Below, piece after piece: positions 10,202 to 20,006 of a stretch of DNA of 64,000 nucleotides. Position 1 is the first letter of the stretch; every line of letters starts with the position of its first letter. The stretch is taken from the NCBI GenBank assembly GCA_947500055.1, contig CANMQO010000002.1, positions 564,181 to 628,180 on the forward strand. Reading direction: 5' to 3'. Source of the DNA: an uncultured Rhodobacteraceae bacterium. Its GTDB lineage: Bacteria; Pseudomonadota; Alphaproteobacteria; Rhodobacterales; Rhodobacteraceae. Made by a program: the position numbers and the translations under genes. The notes beneath the pieces are model-generated. The model was not told where the DNA came from. It worked only from the letters and a program-made list of their open reading frames with translations, and did no database searches.

Positions 10202-11058
10202 TGAACCGATCGTTGCGCAAGCAAGTCGGAGCGGTGGCAACCTGGCTGCTGACTTTTCTGCTGATGGTAATCATTTGTGTGCCGGGGCTTTGGGTCGTAC
10301 TCACTGCATTCCGCCCAAATGGTGAGGTGCTGGCCAAGCCGCCAGTCTGGATTCCCGAAAACCCCAGCCTGAACAATTTTGCCAAGATCTTTGGCTATGG
10401 CGCAGATCAGGTTGCAATCCCTGTGCCGGCCTATTTCGCCAATTCACTTATCATTGCACTGACAAGCACCGTAATTGCACTGCTGATTGGTATGTCCGGT
10501 GGATATGCCTTTGCCCGCTATCGGTTCCGGTTCAAGAACGGGCTGTTTCTGGGGCTTATGCTATCGCGGACGGTGCCGGGGATCGCATTGTCATTGCCGA
10601 TCTTCATGATCTGGAGCCGGATCGGTTTGATTGATGCCAAGATGGGCCTGATCATTGTTTATGTTGCCATGAATGTGCCGTTCACGATCTGGCTGATCGA
10701 CGGCTTCTTCAGACAAATTCCCAAGGAGATGTCAGAAGCTGCACAGGTCGACGGTTGCACTCGTTGGCAAGCATTCTGGAAGATCGAATTTCCGCTGGCC
10801 AAGTCGGGCATTGCGAGCGCGGGCATCTTTGCCTTCCTCACCTCATGGAACGAATACGCGCTGGCGTCCAACCTGACCCGATCCACCGACAGCAAGACAT
10901 TGCCGGTCGGCCTAATGGATTTCACCGCGCAATTTACTATCGACTGGGCGGGCATGTCGGCGATGGCGGTGATCATTATCATCCCGGCGCTGATCCTGAC
11001 GTTCCTTGTGCAAAAACACCTCATCGCGGGCCTGACATTCGGCGGGGTCAAAGGATAA
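10201..11058 (+). CDS. sugar ABC transporter permease
   Basis: ORF 10048..11058. ATG at 10201 overlaps the previous stop (TGATG). MNRSLRKQVGAVATWLLTFLLMV..., EAA loop SEAAQVDGCTRWQAFWKIEFP. Confidence 0.9.
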   Translation: MNRSLRKQVGAVATWLLTFLLMVIICVPGLWVVLTAFRPNGEVLAKPPVWIPENPSLNNFAKIFGYGADQVAIPVPAYFANSLIIALTSTVIALLIGMSGGYAFARYRFRFKNGLFLGLMLSRTVPGIALSLPIFMIWSRIGLIDAKMGLIIVYVAMNVPFTIWLIDGFFRQIPKEMSEAAQVDGCTRWQAFWKIEFPLAKSGIASAGIFAFLTSWNEYALASNLTRSTDSKTLPVGLMDFTAQFTIDWAGMSAMAVIIIIPALILTFLVQKHLIAGLTFGGVKG

Positions 11059-11061
11059 GAT

Positions 11062-12156
11062 ATGGCAGAGATCACCCTGAACAACGTTATCAAGCGCTAT
11101 GGCAAGACCGAGGTCGTGCATGGCATCAACCTTGATATTGCACACAACGAATTTGTGGTTCTGGTCGGCCCGTCAGGTTGCGGGAAATCGACCACATTGC
11201 GGATGATTGCCGGGCTTGAAGACATCTCTGACGGGGCGATCTCGATCGGGTCGGATGTGGTGAACGATCTACCGCCGCGCAAGCGCAATATCTCGATGGT
11301 GTTCCAGAACTATGCGCTTTACCCGCATATGTCGGTGCGCGAGAATCTGGGGTTTGGCCTGAAGATTGCCAAACATGATGATGCTGTTGTCACTGAGCGG
11401 GTGAATGAAGCGGCCGAGATATTGGGCCTTGATGAACTGCTGGAACGCACCCCTGCAGAGCTGTCGGGTGGCCAACGCCAAAGGGTCGCCATGGGCCGCG
11501 CCATCGTGCGCCATCCGCAGGCATTCCTTTTTGATGAACCGTTGTCCAATCTTGATGCCAAGCTGCGGGTCCAGATGCGCACCGAAATCAAGAAACTGCA
11601 CCAGAAGGTCAAGACAACGGTTGTCTACGTCACCCATGATCAGGTCGAGGCCATGACACTGGCCGACCGGATTGTGGTGATGAAGGATGGGTATATCGAA
11701 CAGGTTGGCACCCCGATGGATGTGTTTAACCACCCGGTGAATACGTTTGTTGCCAGTTTCATCGGTTCCCCCCCGATGAACCTGTTACCCGCCGTGATCA
11801 AGGGCGGGCAGGTCGTGTTTGTGGATGGGAAATCGCTGCCGGTTCCGGCGCGACTGGCGGCGTGTGTGACGGAGGGGCAGGAGGTTATCTTTGGCTTGCG
11901 CCCCGATGATCTGACACCCGTGGGGCATGGCATCGCCGAAAGTGGTGACAGCGCCCGCATGACCCTGGATGTGGTCCTGTCTGAGCCACTGGGAACCGAA
12001 ACGATCCTTTATACGAGTATCGCAGGGCAGGAAGCGCAGGGCAAAATGTTTGGCCCACGAAATGTAACACCGGGGGAGACCCTTGAATTCGATATCGCCA
12101 TGGACAAGGCGCATTTGTTCGATGCGGCCTCAGGCAGATCGGTCAGGGTTGATTGA
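11062..12156 (+). CDS. ABC transporter ATP-binding protein (MalK/UgpC-like)
   Basis: 364 aa. Walker A GPSGCGKST, signature LSGGQRQRV, Walker B FLFDEPLSNLD, and a C-terminal regulatory (TOBE-like) domain. Confidence 0.95.
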   Translation: MAEITLNNVIKRYGKTEVVHGINLDIAHNEFVVLVGPSGCGKSTTLRMIAGLEDISDGAISIGSDVVNDLPPRKRNISMVFQNYALYPHMSVRENLGFGLKIAKHDDAVVTERVNEAAEILGLDELLERTPAELSGGQRQRVAMGRAIVRHPQAFLFDEPLSNLDAKLRVQMRTEIKKLHQKVKTTVVYVTHDQVEAMTLADRIVVMKDGYIEQVGTPMDVFNHPVNTFVASFIGSPPMNLLPAVIKGGQVVFVDGKSLPVPARLAACVTEGQEVIFGLRPDDLTPVGHGIAESGDSARMTLDVVLSEPLGTETILYTSIAGQEAQGKMFGPRNVTPGETLEFDIAMDKAHLFDAASGRSVRVD

Positions 12157-13268
12157 TGGCACAGATTGTCAAAGCAGAGGTGCTGATGGTCGACCTTGTT
12201 CCCAAGGTGACCCGCACTGATGCGATCCAGTCTTTTGTGTCGCAAGAGACCCCAATCGTGCGTTTGACAGATGCTGACGGGCAGGTCGGAACAGGGTATT
12301 GCTACACCATCGGGTCAGGTGGCCCCGCGATCATCAGCTTGCTGCGCGAGACCCTCTTGCCGCTTGTGATCGGGCGTGACGCCGAAGAGATAGAAGGGAT
12401 TTGGCGCGATCTTCTGATGGCGACCCATGCGACGGCCGTCGGTCCGATCACGTCGCTTTCGCTTGCTGCAATCGATATCGCCCTTTGGGATTTGCGTTGC
12501 CTGCGGGCAAATCAACCGCTTTGGCGGATGGCGGGAGGGGCAAAGCCGTCGGTTCCGATGTATTCAACCGAAGGCGGCTGGCTGCATATTGCAACGGATG
12601 ATTTGGTTGCAGACGCGATTGAGATGAAGAAACAGGGGTTTGCAGGATCCAAGATCAAGATCGGGATGCCCACATTATCTGCCGACCGTGCGCGGCTGCG
12701 GGCAGTGCGGGATGCGGTTGGCGATGATTACCGGATTCTTGTCGACGCCAATCAGTCCTTCACATTGGCCGAGGCCCGGCGGCGGGCGGATATGTTGGCC
12801 GAATATGATATTGGCTGGTTCGAAGAGCCGATGCCTGCAGATGATGTGGGCGCGCATGTTCAGCTGACGGCCCAGTCGCGGGTGCCGATCGCTGTGGGCG
12901 AGAGCATGTATTCCTTGTCGCAGTTCAAGGATTATCTGGCATTGGGCGGATGCACGATTGTTCAGGCGGATGTTGCCCGGGTGGGAGGCATCACACCGTG
13001 GTTGAAGATCGCGCACCTGGCAGAGGCGTTCAATGTTGCCGTCTGCCCGCATTTCCTGATGGAACTGCATGTCAGTCTGACATGCGCAGTCCCGAATGCG
13101 CCAATGCTCGAATACATCCCGCAGCTTGACGACATCACGACGTCGCGGCTCGATATCCGCGATGGCAATGCGCATGCGCCAAACACGGCAGGTCTGGGCA
13201 TTGCATGGGACTGGGACGCAATCAACGCGCGGGCTGTCGACGGCCTTAGCGCGACGGTCGGAGGATAA
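12153..13268 (+). CDS. mandelate racemase/muconate lactonizing enzyme family (enolase superfamily) sugar-acid dehydratase
   Basis: 371 aa. Capping domain plus TIM barrel (KIKIG..., VDANQSF, WFEEP, AVGES). Overlaps the upstream ATPase stop (ATGA). Confidence 0.85.
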   Translation: MMAQIVKAEVLMVDLVPKVTRTDAIQSFVSQETPIVRLTDADGQVGTGYCYTIGSGGPAIISLLRETLLPLVIGRDAEEIEGIWRDLLMATHATAVGPITSLSLAAIDIALWDLRCLRANQPLWRMAGGAKPSVPMYSTEGGWLHIATDDLVADAIEMKKQGFAGSKIKIGMPTLSADRARLRAVRDAVGDDYRILVDANQSFTLAEARRRADMLAEYDIGWFEEPMPADDVGAHVQLTAQSRVPIAVGESMYSLSQFKDYLALGGCTIVQADVARVGGITPWLKIAHLAEAFNVAVCPHFLMELHVSLTCAVPNAPMLEYIPQLDDITTSRLDIRDGNAHAPNTAGLGIAWDWDAINARAVDGLSATVGG

Positions 13269-13271
13269 CAT

Positions 13272-13601
13272 ATGGAACGCATGGGCATGGTGATTGGGAT
13301 AAAACCCGCTGATATCCCCGAATATAAACGCCTGCATGCGGATACATGGCCCGAGATATTGGCCGGTATCACCGCCTGCAATATCCGCAACTACTCGATC
13401 TTTCTGCGCGAGCCGGAGAACTTGTTGTTTGGTTATTGGGAGTATCACGGCACGGATTTTGCCGCAGATGCGGCAAAGATGGCTGCAGATCCAAAAACAC
13501 AGGAGTGGTGGGAAATCTGCATGCCAAAGCAGGTGCCGCTTGAAAGCCGCGCCGAAGGTGAGTGGTGGGCGATGATGGAAGAGGTTTTCCACCATGACTG
13601 A
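13272..13601 (+). CDS. L-rhamnose mutarotase family protein (deoxyhexose mutarotase)
   Basis: 109 aa. MGMVIGIKPADIPEYKRLHADTWPEILAGITACNIRNYSIFL...WWEICMP is characteristic of the RhaM/YiiL family. Confidence 0.8.
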   Translation: MERMGMVIGIKPADIPEYKRLHADTWPEILAGITACNIRNYSIFLREPENLLFGYWEYHGTDFAADAAKMAADPKTQEWWEICMPKQVPLESRAEGEWWAMMEEVFHHD

Positions 13602-14244
13602 CAACCGTTTGCCACAACTCCAAGGGTGCTATACCGGCGTCATTCATGATGTGATGCGGGCAATGGGGCGCAAGAACTTTACGTTGCCCCCCAGCATAAC
13701 GCCGCTGCAACCGGAGATGACATTATGTGGCCCGGCCTGGACAGTTGAGGGCCATGTCGATGAAACCGCTGACCCGCATGAAACGCTGCTGGCCTGGACG
13801 GGCCTGTTGTCCAAAGCAAAACCCGGCCATATCTGGACCGCCCAGCCGCATACGCATCAGATCGCCCAGATGGGCGAGCTGTCTGCCGAAACACTGCATG
13901 GCAAAGGCGTGTTAGGCTGCGTTTTGGATGGCGGATTGCGCGACGCGAATTTCATCCTCGACCTTGGGTTTCCCTGTTGGCGCACGCACCATACGCCACG
14001 CGATATCGTCGGTTTCTGGCTGCCTAAATCAACGGATATCGATATCATGATCGGTGACGTATTGATCCGGCCTGGAGATTGGTTGCATGGCGACCGCGAT
14101 GGGATGGTCTGCATTCCCATTGAGATTCTGGAAGACGTGATCGACCAATCGTTGACGGCGATGCAAACAGAAAACAAGGTGCGAACAGCCATTTTGGCGG
14201 GCACCGACCCGCAGGATGCCTATCTGAAATACGGAAAGTTCTGA
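13594..14244 (+). CDS. RraA family protein (class II aldolase/decarboxylase-like)
   Basis: 216 aa. GELSAETLHGKGVLGCVLDGGLRDANFILDLGFPCW matches the RraA/HMG-aldolase family core. Confidence 0.8.
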   Translation: MTDNRLPQLQGCYTGVIHDVMRAMGRKNFTLPPSITPLQPEMTLCGPAWTVEGHVDETADPHETLLAWTGLLSKAKPGHIWTAQPHTHQIAQMGELSAETLHGKGVLGCVLDGGLRDANFILDLGFPCWRTHHTPRDIVGFWLPKSTDIDIMIGDVLIRPGDWLHGDRDGMVCIPIEILEDVIDQSLTAMQTENKVRTAILAGTDPQDAYLKYGKF

Positions 14245-14247
14245 TTA

Positions 14248-14556
14248 ATGGCTGACACTGACACCCGCCTGATCATCCTTGCCCAGACTGACACGGTTGC
14301 TGTGGCCCGTTGTGCGATGCATGCGGGTGAAAAGGTACTGATTGACGATGTGTCTGTCATCCTCGCGCAATCCGTGACCATGGGGCACAAGCTGGCCCGT
14401 AGGGCAATGCAAACCGGCGACAAAGTGTTGAAATACGGGGTGTCCATTGGATCGGCCACAAGACCAATCGCTGTGGGCGATCATGTCCATTTGCATAATA
14501 TGAAAAGTGACTACACGCCGACCTACGCCCTGACCGAAGATGGGAAATTGGCATGA
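14248..14556 (+). CDS. UxaA family hydrolyase, small (SAF-domain) subunit
   Basis: 102 aa. SAF-like DTVAVARCAMHAGEKV...MGHKLARRAMQTGDKVLKYGVSIGSATRPIAVGDHVHLHNM. Overlaps the next gene by 4 nt. Confidence 0.8.
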   Translation: MADTDTRLIILAQTDTVAVARCAMHAGEKVLIDDVSVILAQSVTMGHKLARRAMQTGDKVLKYGVSIGSATRPIAVGDHVHLHNMKSDYTPTYALTEDGKLA

Positions 14557-15743
14557 CAATGCAAGGCTATCAACGGGACGACGGACGCAAGGGAATTCGC
14601 AATCACGTGGCTGTCGCATATCTGGTGGAATGTGCCCACCACGTCGCCCGCGAGATCGCGATGGTTGATCGTGAGCAGGCGCATGTCATTGGTTTCCCAG
14701 GCTGTTTTCCGAACCCCTATGCGCAAAAGATGATGGAGCGCCTTTGCACCCACCCCAATGTCGGTGCTGTCCTTCTGGTGTCGCTGGGCTGCGAAAGCTT
14801 TAACCGTGTGCAATTGGAAAACACGGTGCGCGCCAGTGGACGCCCAGTTGAGACATTGGTGATCCAGAAAACTGGTGGAACCCGAAGCGCCATCGCCAAA
14901 GGGCGGGCGTTTGTGCAGCAGGCAGTAGCCGATTTGGCGCAGACGCCACGTGTTCCGCTGGAACTATCCGATCTTGTAGTTGGCACGGTCTGCGGTGGGT
15001 CTGATGGCACCAGCGGCATTTCAGGCAACCCGGCAACGGGTCGCGCCTTTGACAAACTGGTTGCGGCCGGGGCCGCTTGCATCTTTGAGGAAACGGGCGA
15101 GTTGATCGGTTGTGAAAACATCATGGCGGACCGCGCCGCTACGCCGGACTTGGCAGTCGAATTGCGTGCCTCCGTTGAAAAGGCGGCGCGATATTATGCC
15201 GAGCTGGGTTTTGGCAGTTTCGCCTCTGGCAACGCTGACGGAGGGTTGTCCACCATCGAGGAAAAATCGATGGGTGCTTATGCCAAATCTGGTTCCTCAC
15301 CGATTTCCGGCCTGATCAAGCCGGGGGACATTCCGCCGAAGGGTGGGCTTTATTTGATGGACGTGGTGCCGGATGGACCGGTGCGGTTTGGATTTCCCAA
15401 CATCTCAGACAATGCCGAAATTGTTGAGATGATGGCCTCGGGGGCGCATATGACGATCTTTGTGACGGGGCGCGGGTCAGTTGTTGGATCAGCGCTTGCG
15501 CCGGTGATCAAAGTCGCAGCCAATCCCGAAATGTATGAAAGATTGCACGAGGATATGGATATCAATGCGGGCCGTATCATGACGGGTGACGCAGGGCTGG
15601 ATACGATCGGAGAGGAGATTTTCGCGGCGGTTCAGCAGGTTGCTGCTGGCCAACCCACCAAGTCGGAAGATCTGGGTCACCAGGAATTTATTCTGACCTA
15701 CAAAAGCTTTGACCCCATCGGGCCGGCCTGCCTGCCGGTCTAA
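14553..15743 (+). CDS. UxaA family hydrolyase, large subunit (altronate-dehydratase-like)
   Basis: 396 aa. GYQRDDGRKGIRNHVAVAYLVECAHHVAREI and LVSLGCESF are typical of the UxaA C-terminal domain. Confidence 0.85.
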   Translation: MTMQGYQRDDGRKGIRNHVAVAYLVECAHHVAREIAMVDREQAHVIGFPGCFPNPYAQKMMERLCTHPNVGAVLLVSLGCESFNRVQLENTVRASGRPVETLVIQKTGGTRSAIAKGRAFVQQAVADLAQTPRVPLELSDLVVGTVCGGSDGTSGISGNPATGRAFDKLVAAGAACIFEETGELIGCENIMADRAATPDLAVELRASVEKAARYYAELGFGSFASGNADGGLSTIEEKSMGAYAKSGSSPISGLIKPGDIPPKGGLYLMDVVPDGPVRFGFPNISDNAEIVEMMASGAHMTIFVTGRGSVVGSALAPVIKVAANPEMYERLHEDMDINAGRIMTGDAGLDTIGEEIFAAVQQVAAGQPTKSEDLGHQEFILTYKSFDPIGPACLPV

Positions 15744-15756
15744 CAAAGGACGAATT

Positions 15757-16494
15757 ATGGGACGATTGACCAAGAAAACCTGTTTAGTGACTGCCGCGGC
15801 CCAGGGCATCGGGCGCGCATCGGCCTTAGCAATGAGGGCCGAAGGCGCGGATGTGATCGCGACCGACATCAACGAAACCGCATTGGCTGAACTTGCCGAA
15901 ATGGGGCTGGAGACCTTGAAACTTGATGTGATGGATCCGGCATCAATCAAGTCGGCAGTCGCCCAGGCAGGCAAGGTTGATGTGCTGTTCAACTGCGCTG
16001 GATTTGTCGCCAACGGCACGATTCTGGATTGCGATGAAGATCAATGGGCGTTTTCCAACGACCTGAACGTGACGGCGATGTACCGGATGTGCCGGGCATT
16101 TCTGCCAGGTATGCTGGAGCGCGGCGGCGGGTCGATTATCAACATGTCGTCGGTGGCGTCATCGGTGATCGCTGCCCCGAACCGTTTCGTCTATGGGACG
16201 ACAAAGGCTGCGGTGATTGGCATGACCAAGGCCATAGCTGCGGATTTCATCACCCAAGGTATAAGGTGCAATGCGATCTGCCCTGGGACGGTTGAGAGCC
16301 CCTCGCTTGAGCAACGCTTGCGTGACACCGGCGATTATGACGCTGCCCGTGAAGCGTTCATTGCGCGGCAACCAATTGGCCGGATCGGCAAGGCATCGGA
16401 AATTGCGGCACTTGCTGTCTATCTGGCATCTGACGAAAGCGCGTATACGACTGGGCATGCCCATGTGATCGATGGCGGTTGGGCGAATATATAG
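15757..16494 (+). CDS. SDR family oxidoreductase (2-keto-3-deoxy-sugar-acid dehydrogenase-like, BDH2/DHRS6-type)
   Basis: ORF 15709..16494, ATG at 15757. CLVTAAAQGIGRASA, NMSSVAS, YGTTKAAVIGMTK. Confidence 0.85.
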   Translation: MGRLTKKTCLVTAAAQGIGRASALAMRAEGADVIATDINETALAELAEMGLETLKLDVMDPASIKSAVAQAGKVDVLFNCAGFVANGTILDCDEDQWAFSNDLNVTAMYRMCRAFLPGMLERGGGSIINMSSVASSVIAAPNRFVYGTTKAAVIGMTKAIAADFITQGIRCNAICPGTVESPSLEQRLRDTGDYDAAREAFIARQPIGRIGKASEIAALAVYLASDESAYTTGHAHVIDGGWANI

Positions 16495-16504
16495 GGAAAA
16501 GACC

Positions 16505-17353
16505 ATGAAGTTACTTCGTTTTGGCGCTGATGGGGCCGAGAAACCGGGCCTTCTTGATGATGACGGGCAGATCCGCGACCTGTCGGGCATTGTCGATGAT
16601 ATCGCAGGTGCGACGCTGTCGGATGCGGGGCTTGCGAAAATCGCGGCGATCGACCCATCAACATTGCCTGTTGTGCCCGGTGATACGCGCCTTGGTCCAT
16701 GCGTTGCCGGTACGGGAAAATTCATTTGCATCGGTCTGAACTACGCCGACCACGCCGCCGAAAGCGGGCTTGATGTCCCGCCGGAACCGGTGATGTTCAT
16801 GAAAGCGACCAGTGCCATTTGTGGTCCCACCGATCCCATCATCATCCCACGCGGGTCCGAGAAAACCGATTGGGAGGTTGAACTGGCGGTGGTTATTGGC
16901 CGTCGCGCCAAATATGTCAGCGAAGAAGACGCGCTGGATTATGTGGCGGGCTATGCCGTCACAAATGATGTCTCTGAGCGCGCGTTTCAGATTGAACGGG
17001 CAGGTCAATGGACCAAGGGAAAAAGCTGCGACAATTATGGCCAGATCGGCCCCTGGTTGGTGACCCGCGACGAAGTGGCGGACCCGCAAAATCTGGCCAT
17101 GTGGCTGACCGTCAATGGCAAGAAGATGCAGGACGGATCAACCAGCACAATGGTTTACGGCGTTGCGCATCTGGTCAGTTACCTCAGCCAATTCATGTCT
17201 TTGCTGCCGGGTGACATCATCTCGACCGGGACACCGCCGGGGGTGGGCATGGGGCAGAAGCCACAGCAATATCTGCGTCCCGGCGATGTTGTTGAACTGG
17301 GAATCGAAGGTTTGGGCCAGCAGAAGCAAACGGCAATTGCAGATCCTGAATAG
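16505..17353 (+). CDS. fumarylacetoacetate hydrolase (FAH) family protein
   Basis: ORF 16472..17353, ATG at 16505. MKLLRFG...KFICIGLNYADHAAE...WEVELAVVIG...GDIISTGTPPGVG. Confidence 0.9.
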   Translation: MKLLRFGADGAEKPGLLDDDGQIRDLSGIVDDIAGATLSDAGLAKIAAIDPSTLPVVPGDTRLGPCVAGTGKFICIGLNYADHAAESGLDVPPEPVMFMKATSAICGPTDPIIIPRGSEKTDWEVELAVVIGRRAKYVSEEDALDYVAGYAVTNDVSERAFQIERAGQWTKGKSCDNYGQIGPWLVTRDEVADPQNLAMWLTVNGKKMQDGSTSTMVYGVAHLVSYLSQFMSLLPGDIISTGTPPGVGMGQKPQQYLRPGDVVELGIEGLGQQKQTAIADPE

Positions 17354-17364
17354 GAGGGACCACC

Positions 17365-18213
17365 ATGGTCAGACTGATCGACACACACCAGCACCTCGTC
17401 CATCCGGATGTTGCCGGTTACAGTTGGACCGATGGCATCCCACCTCTGGCAAACAAGGCCTTTGACCTTGACCGCTATGCCGATTTGACCGCCGGAGAGG
17501 ACGTTATTGGCACCGTTTTCATGGAAACGGGTGTCGACGACGCGGATTACAGGGCCGAAACACGGTTCGTGGCGGATCTGGCCAGAAAAAAGGATAGCGG
17601 CATCCTTGGTTTGATTGCGTCCTGCCGACCGGAAGATGACGACGGATTTTCGGAATGGCTGGATGAATGTGATGACCTCGGGGTCGTTGGATATCGACGC
17701 ATTTTGCATGTGATGCCCGATGCGCTGTCAACGACTGCCACGTTTCGCAGAAACCTGCGGGCATTGGGCGACCGGGGTAAGCCGTTCGATTTATGTATGC
17801 TGCCCAAACAATTGGGCCTGGGCGCGGAACTGGCGCGGGCATGTGACAACACCACAATCGTGCTGAACCATTGCGGTGTGCCGGACATTGCCAGCGGGGG
17901 GCTTGATCCGTGGCGGGCGGATGTTGCCACGCTTGCGGCACTGCCGAACGTCCATTGCAAGCTATCGGGTCTGCTGGCCTATTGCGCGCCGGGTAATGCC
18001 ACCCAAGAGGCGATCCAACCCTATGTCGATCATGTGCTTGAGGTCTTTGGCCCCGCACGTCTGATCTGGGGCAGTGATTGGCCGGTGGTGGAACTGGCCA
18101 ACGGCTTGCCCGACTGGCTATCGGTAACGCAGTCTTTGCTTGCCGCCCTTTCGGTAGATGAGGCTGAAAGCATCGGGCATGGCAACGCGCGAAAGCTCTT
18201 CGGTCTGTCTTAG
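17365..18213 (+). CDS. amidohydrolase-2 family protein (sugar lactonase-like)
   Basis: 282 aa. IDTHQHL metal-binding N-terminus, NHCG, GSDWPV; resembles L-fucono/rhamnono-lactonase-type amidohydrolases. Confidence 0.85.
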   Translation: MVRLIDTHQHLVHPDVAGYSWTDGIPPLANKAFDLDRYADLTAGEDVIGTVFMETGVDDADYRAETRFVADLARKKDSGILGLIASCRPEDDDGFSEWLDECDDLGVVGYRRILHVMPDALSTTATFRRNLRALGDRGKPFDLCMLPKQLGLGAELARACDNTTIVLNHCGVPDIASGGLDPWRADVATLAALPNVHCKLSGLLAYCAPGNATQEAIQPYVDHVLEVFGPARLIWGSDWPVVELANGLPDWLSVTQSLLAALSVDEAESIGHGNARKLFGLS

Positions 18214-18256
18214 CTTTTTTGCGGGCTTCAAACGAATTGTGCCAGTGATCAATACG

Positions 18257-18847
18257 TTACGGCTTCAGTCCATTCATAAGATACTTGTGGAGAGACGCCG
18301 TAGAGCGATCCATTCGCAGATTTTTTGAGAGGCTCCGCAGGCCGTGCCCCTCCAGTGCGTCCAGGATTGTGCATGCGACGGCGCGTTCGTCGTCATAGGA
18401 CCTGAACACGCCTGATGTTGCACCCGCCTTGAGGCAATCCGCAATCGCGCCAATCAATTGACCGCGGTCTTTGCCAAAAATCGCGGCGATGTTTGGGTTT
18501 CGCAATGCTTCCGTCAGGATTTCAACACCCAGCAGGGCGTTCTCGGGCCGCGATGCGTATGCGGTGTATTCCACGATGAATTGTTCCAATGCCGCGCACG
18601 GATCGGCGGGTTCTGAAAGATCTGCCACAAAACCCGACAGCTCCCTTCCGTCAATTTCAGCAATAAACGCGAGCACGGCTTCCTTGCCTTTGAAGTGATT
18701 GTAGAGGTTTCCGAGGCTGATCCCGGCCTGCTTGGCGATGTCCCTGACCCCCGTCTGATGGTAACCGCGATCCAAGAAACACGTGATTGCTGCATGCAGG
18801 ATTTCGATCTTGCGGGGGTGCACGGGCTTTTCTGTTTTGGGTGGCAA
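18257..18847 (-). CDS. TetR/AcrR family transcriptional regulator
   Basis: 196 aa. N-terminal HTH ILHAAITCFLDRGYHQTGVRDIAKQAGISLGNLYNHFKGKEAV. Confidence 0.9.
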   Translation of the reverse strand: MPPKTEKPVHPRKIEILHAAITCFLDRGYHQTGVRDIAKQAGISLGNLYNHFKGKEAVLAFIAEIDGRELSGFVADLSEPADPCAALEQFIVEYTAYASRPENALLGVEILTEALRNPNIAAIFGKDRGQLIGAIADCLKAGATSGVFRSYDDERAVACTILDALEGHGLRSLSKNLRMDRSTASLHKYLMNGLKP

Positions 18848-18876
18848 CTTGACACTCCATGCGTTGAAACATAATT

Positions 18877-18896
18877 ATGAACGGTCGTTCGTTCAT
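18877..18896. promoter_or_regulatory. candidate TetR operator (inverted repeat ATGAACG-N6-CGTTCAT)
   Basis: ATGAACGGTCGTTCGTTCAT lies 30 nt upstream of the TetR start, in the TetR / hydroxylase divergent intergenic region. 7-bp perfect arms. Confidence 0.3.
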
Positions 18897-19077
18897 ATCA
18901 TGAATGAGTCTGTATTGAAAGGATTTATCGTGGCGTTTCTCAATCACGGGTGTCTACCAATTCTCGAAAAGGGTCTTAGTGAAACCCCGAATGCGCAGCT
19001 TGGTTCGCCCCTCCTGTCCCTCAAACGACGAGCAGCGCATCGGTGTGTAGTACCAGCCCCAAGCGCGAGCACGGGGC

Positions 19078-19995
19078 GTGCAAATGTCAATTGAAGAACT
19101 CGTTTCACTATTCGACGCGCATCAGATCATGATGATCGTCGCGACCCTTTTTGTGGTCAATATGGCAATTACCGGTTTCGAAATCATGTTGGATCTTGTC
19201 ACCAAAAAGGAACGACGCTGGAAGGATACGCTTGCCAATTGCGTGATCTTCATCGCGCATCAGGTTCTCCGAAGGACCACGTTTGCATCGTTGGGGTTTG
19301 TTGCCCTCCTTCCGTTCTACTACCTGACGCCACTATCCATTCCGATGACGGCATGGACCTGGCTTCTGGCGCTTCTGGCCGCAGATTTCACTTACTATTG
19401 GATGCACCGGCTAGAACATGAACACCGCATTCTTTGGGCTAGCCATAGTGTGCATCACAGTTCCGAAGACTATAATCTTACTGTCGGTTTCAGGCTAAGT
19501 GTGGTGGAGGGGCTCTTTGAATGGGCCTTTCTTATTCCCATGATCGTCGTCGGTTTCAACCCGTTTCAGGCGCTGGTCGCCCTGATCCTTGTGGCACAGT
19601 ACCAACATTGGGTTCACACGGAACGCGTGGATCGGCTTGGATGGCTTGATGAGGTCTTTAACACCCCGTCAGTTCACCGGGTCCATCACGGATCAAATGC
19701 GCAATATTTGGACAAGAACTATGGCGGAATCCTGATGATCTGGGACAAGCTGTTTGGGACGTTTGAGCGCGAGGGCGAAGAAGTCACTTATGGGCTGACC
19801 CGCAACATCCATACCAACAACCCAATCAAGATCACCTTTGTCGAGTTCGCCAATATCTGGCGCGATGTCAGGAAATGTCGAACCCTGAGTGACCGCTTGC
19901 GGATCATCTTTGGCGGGTTGTCCTGGCGTCCCGCATATCTCCGAACCCTGTCGGACACAACGACAGCCGATACCCTTTCAAAGCACTCGAAGTAG
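19078..19995 (+). CDS. fatty acid hydroxylase / sterol desaturase family membrane protein
   Basis: 305 aa. His boxes HRLEHEH, HSVHHSSEDYN and HRVHH, plus several TM segments. The start may be the ATG at 19084. Confidence 0.8.
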   Translation: MQMSIEELVSLFDAHQIMMIVATLFVVNMAITGFEIMLDLVTKKERRWKDTLANCVIFIAHQVLRRTTFASLGFVALLPFYYLTPLSIPMTAWTWLLALLAADFTYYWMHRLEHEHRILWASHSVHHSSEDYNLTVGFRLSVVEGLFEWAFLIPMIVVGFNPFQALVALILVAQYQHWVHTERVDRLGWLDEVFNTPSVHRVHHGSNAQYLDKNYGGILMIWDKLFGTFEREGEEVTYGLTRNIHTNNPIKITFVEFANIWRDVRKCRTLSDRLRIIFGGLSWRPAYLRTLSDTTTADTLSKHSK

Positions 19996-20006
19996 GAGCA
20001 CCTGAC

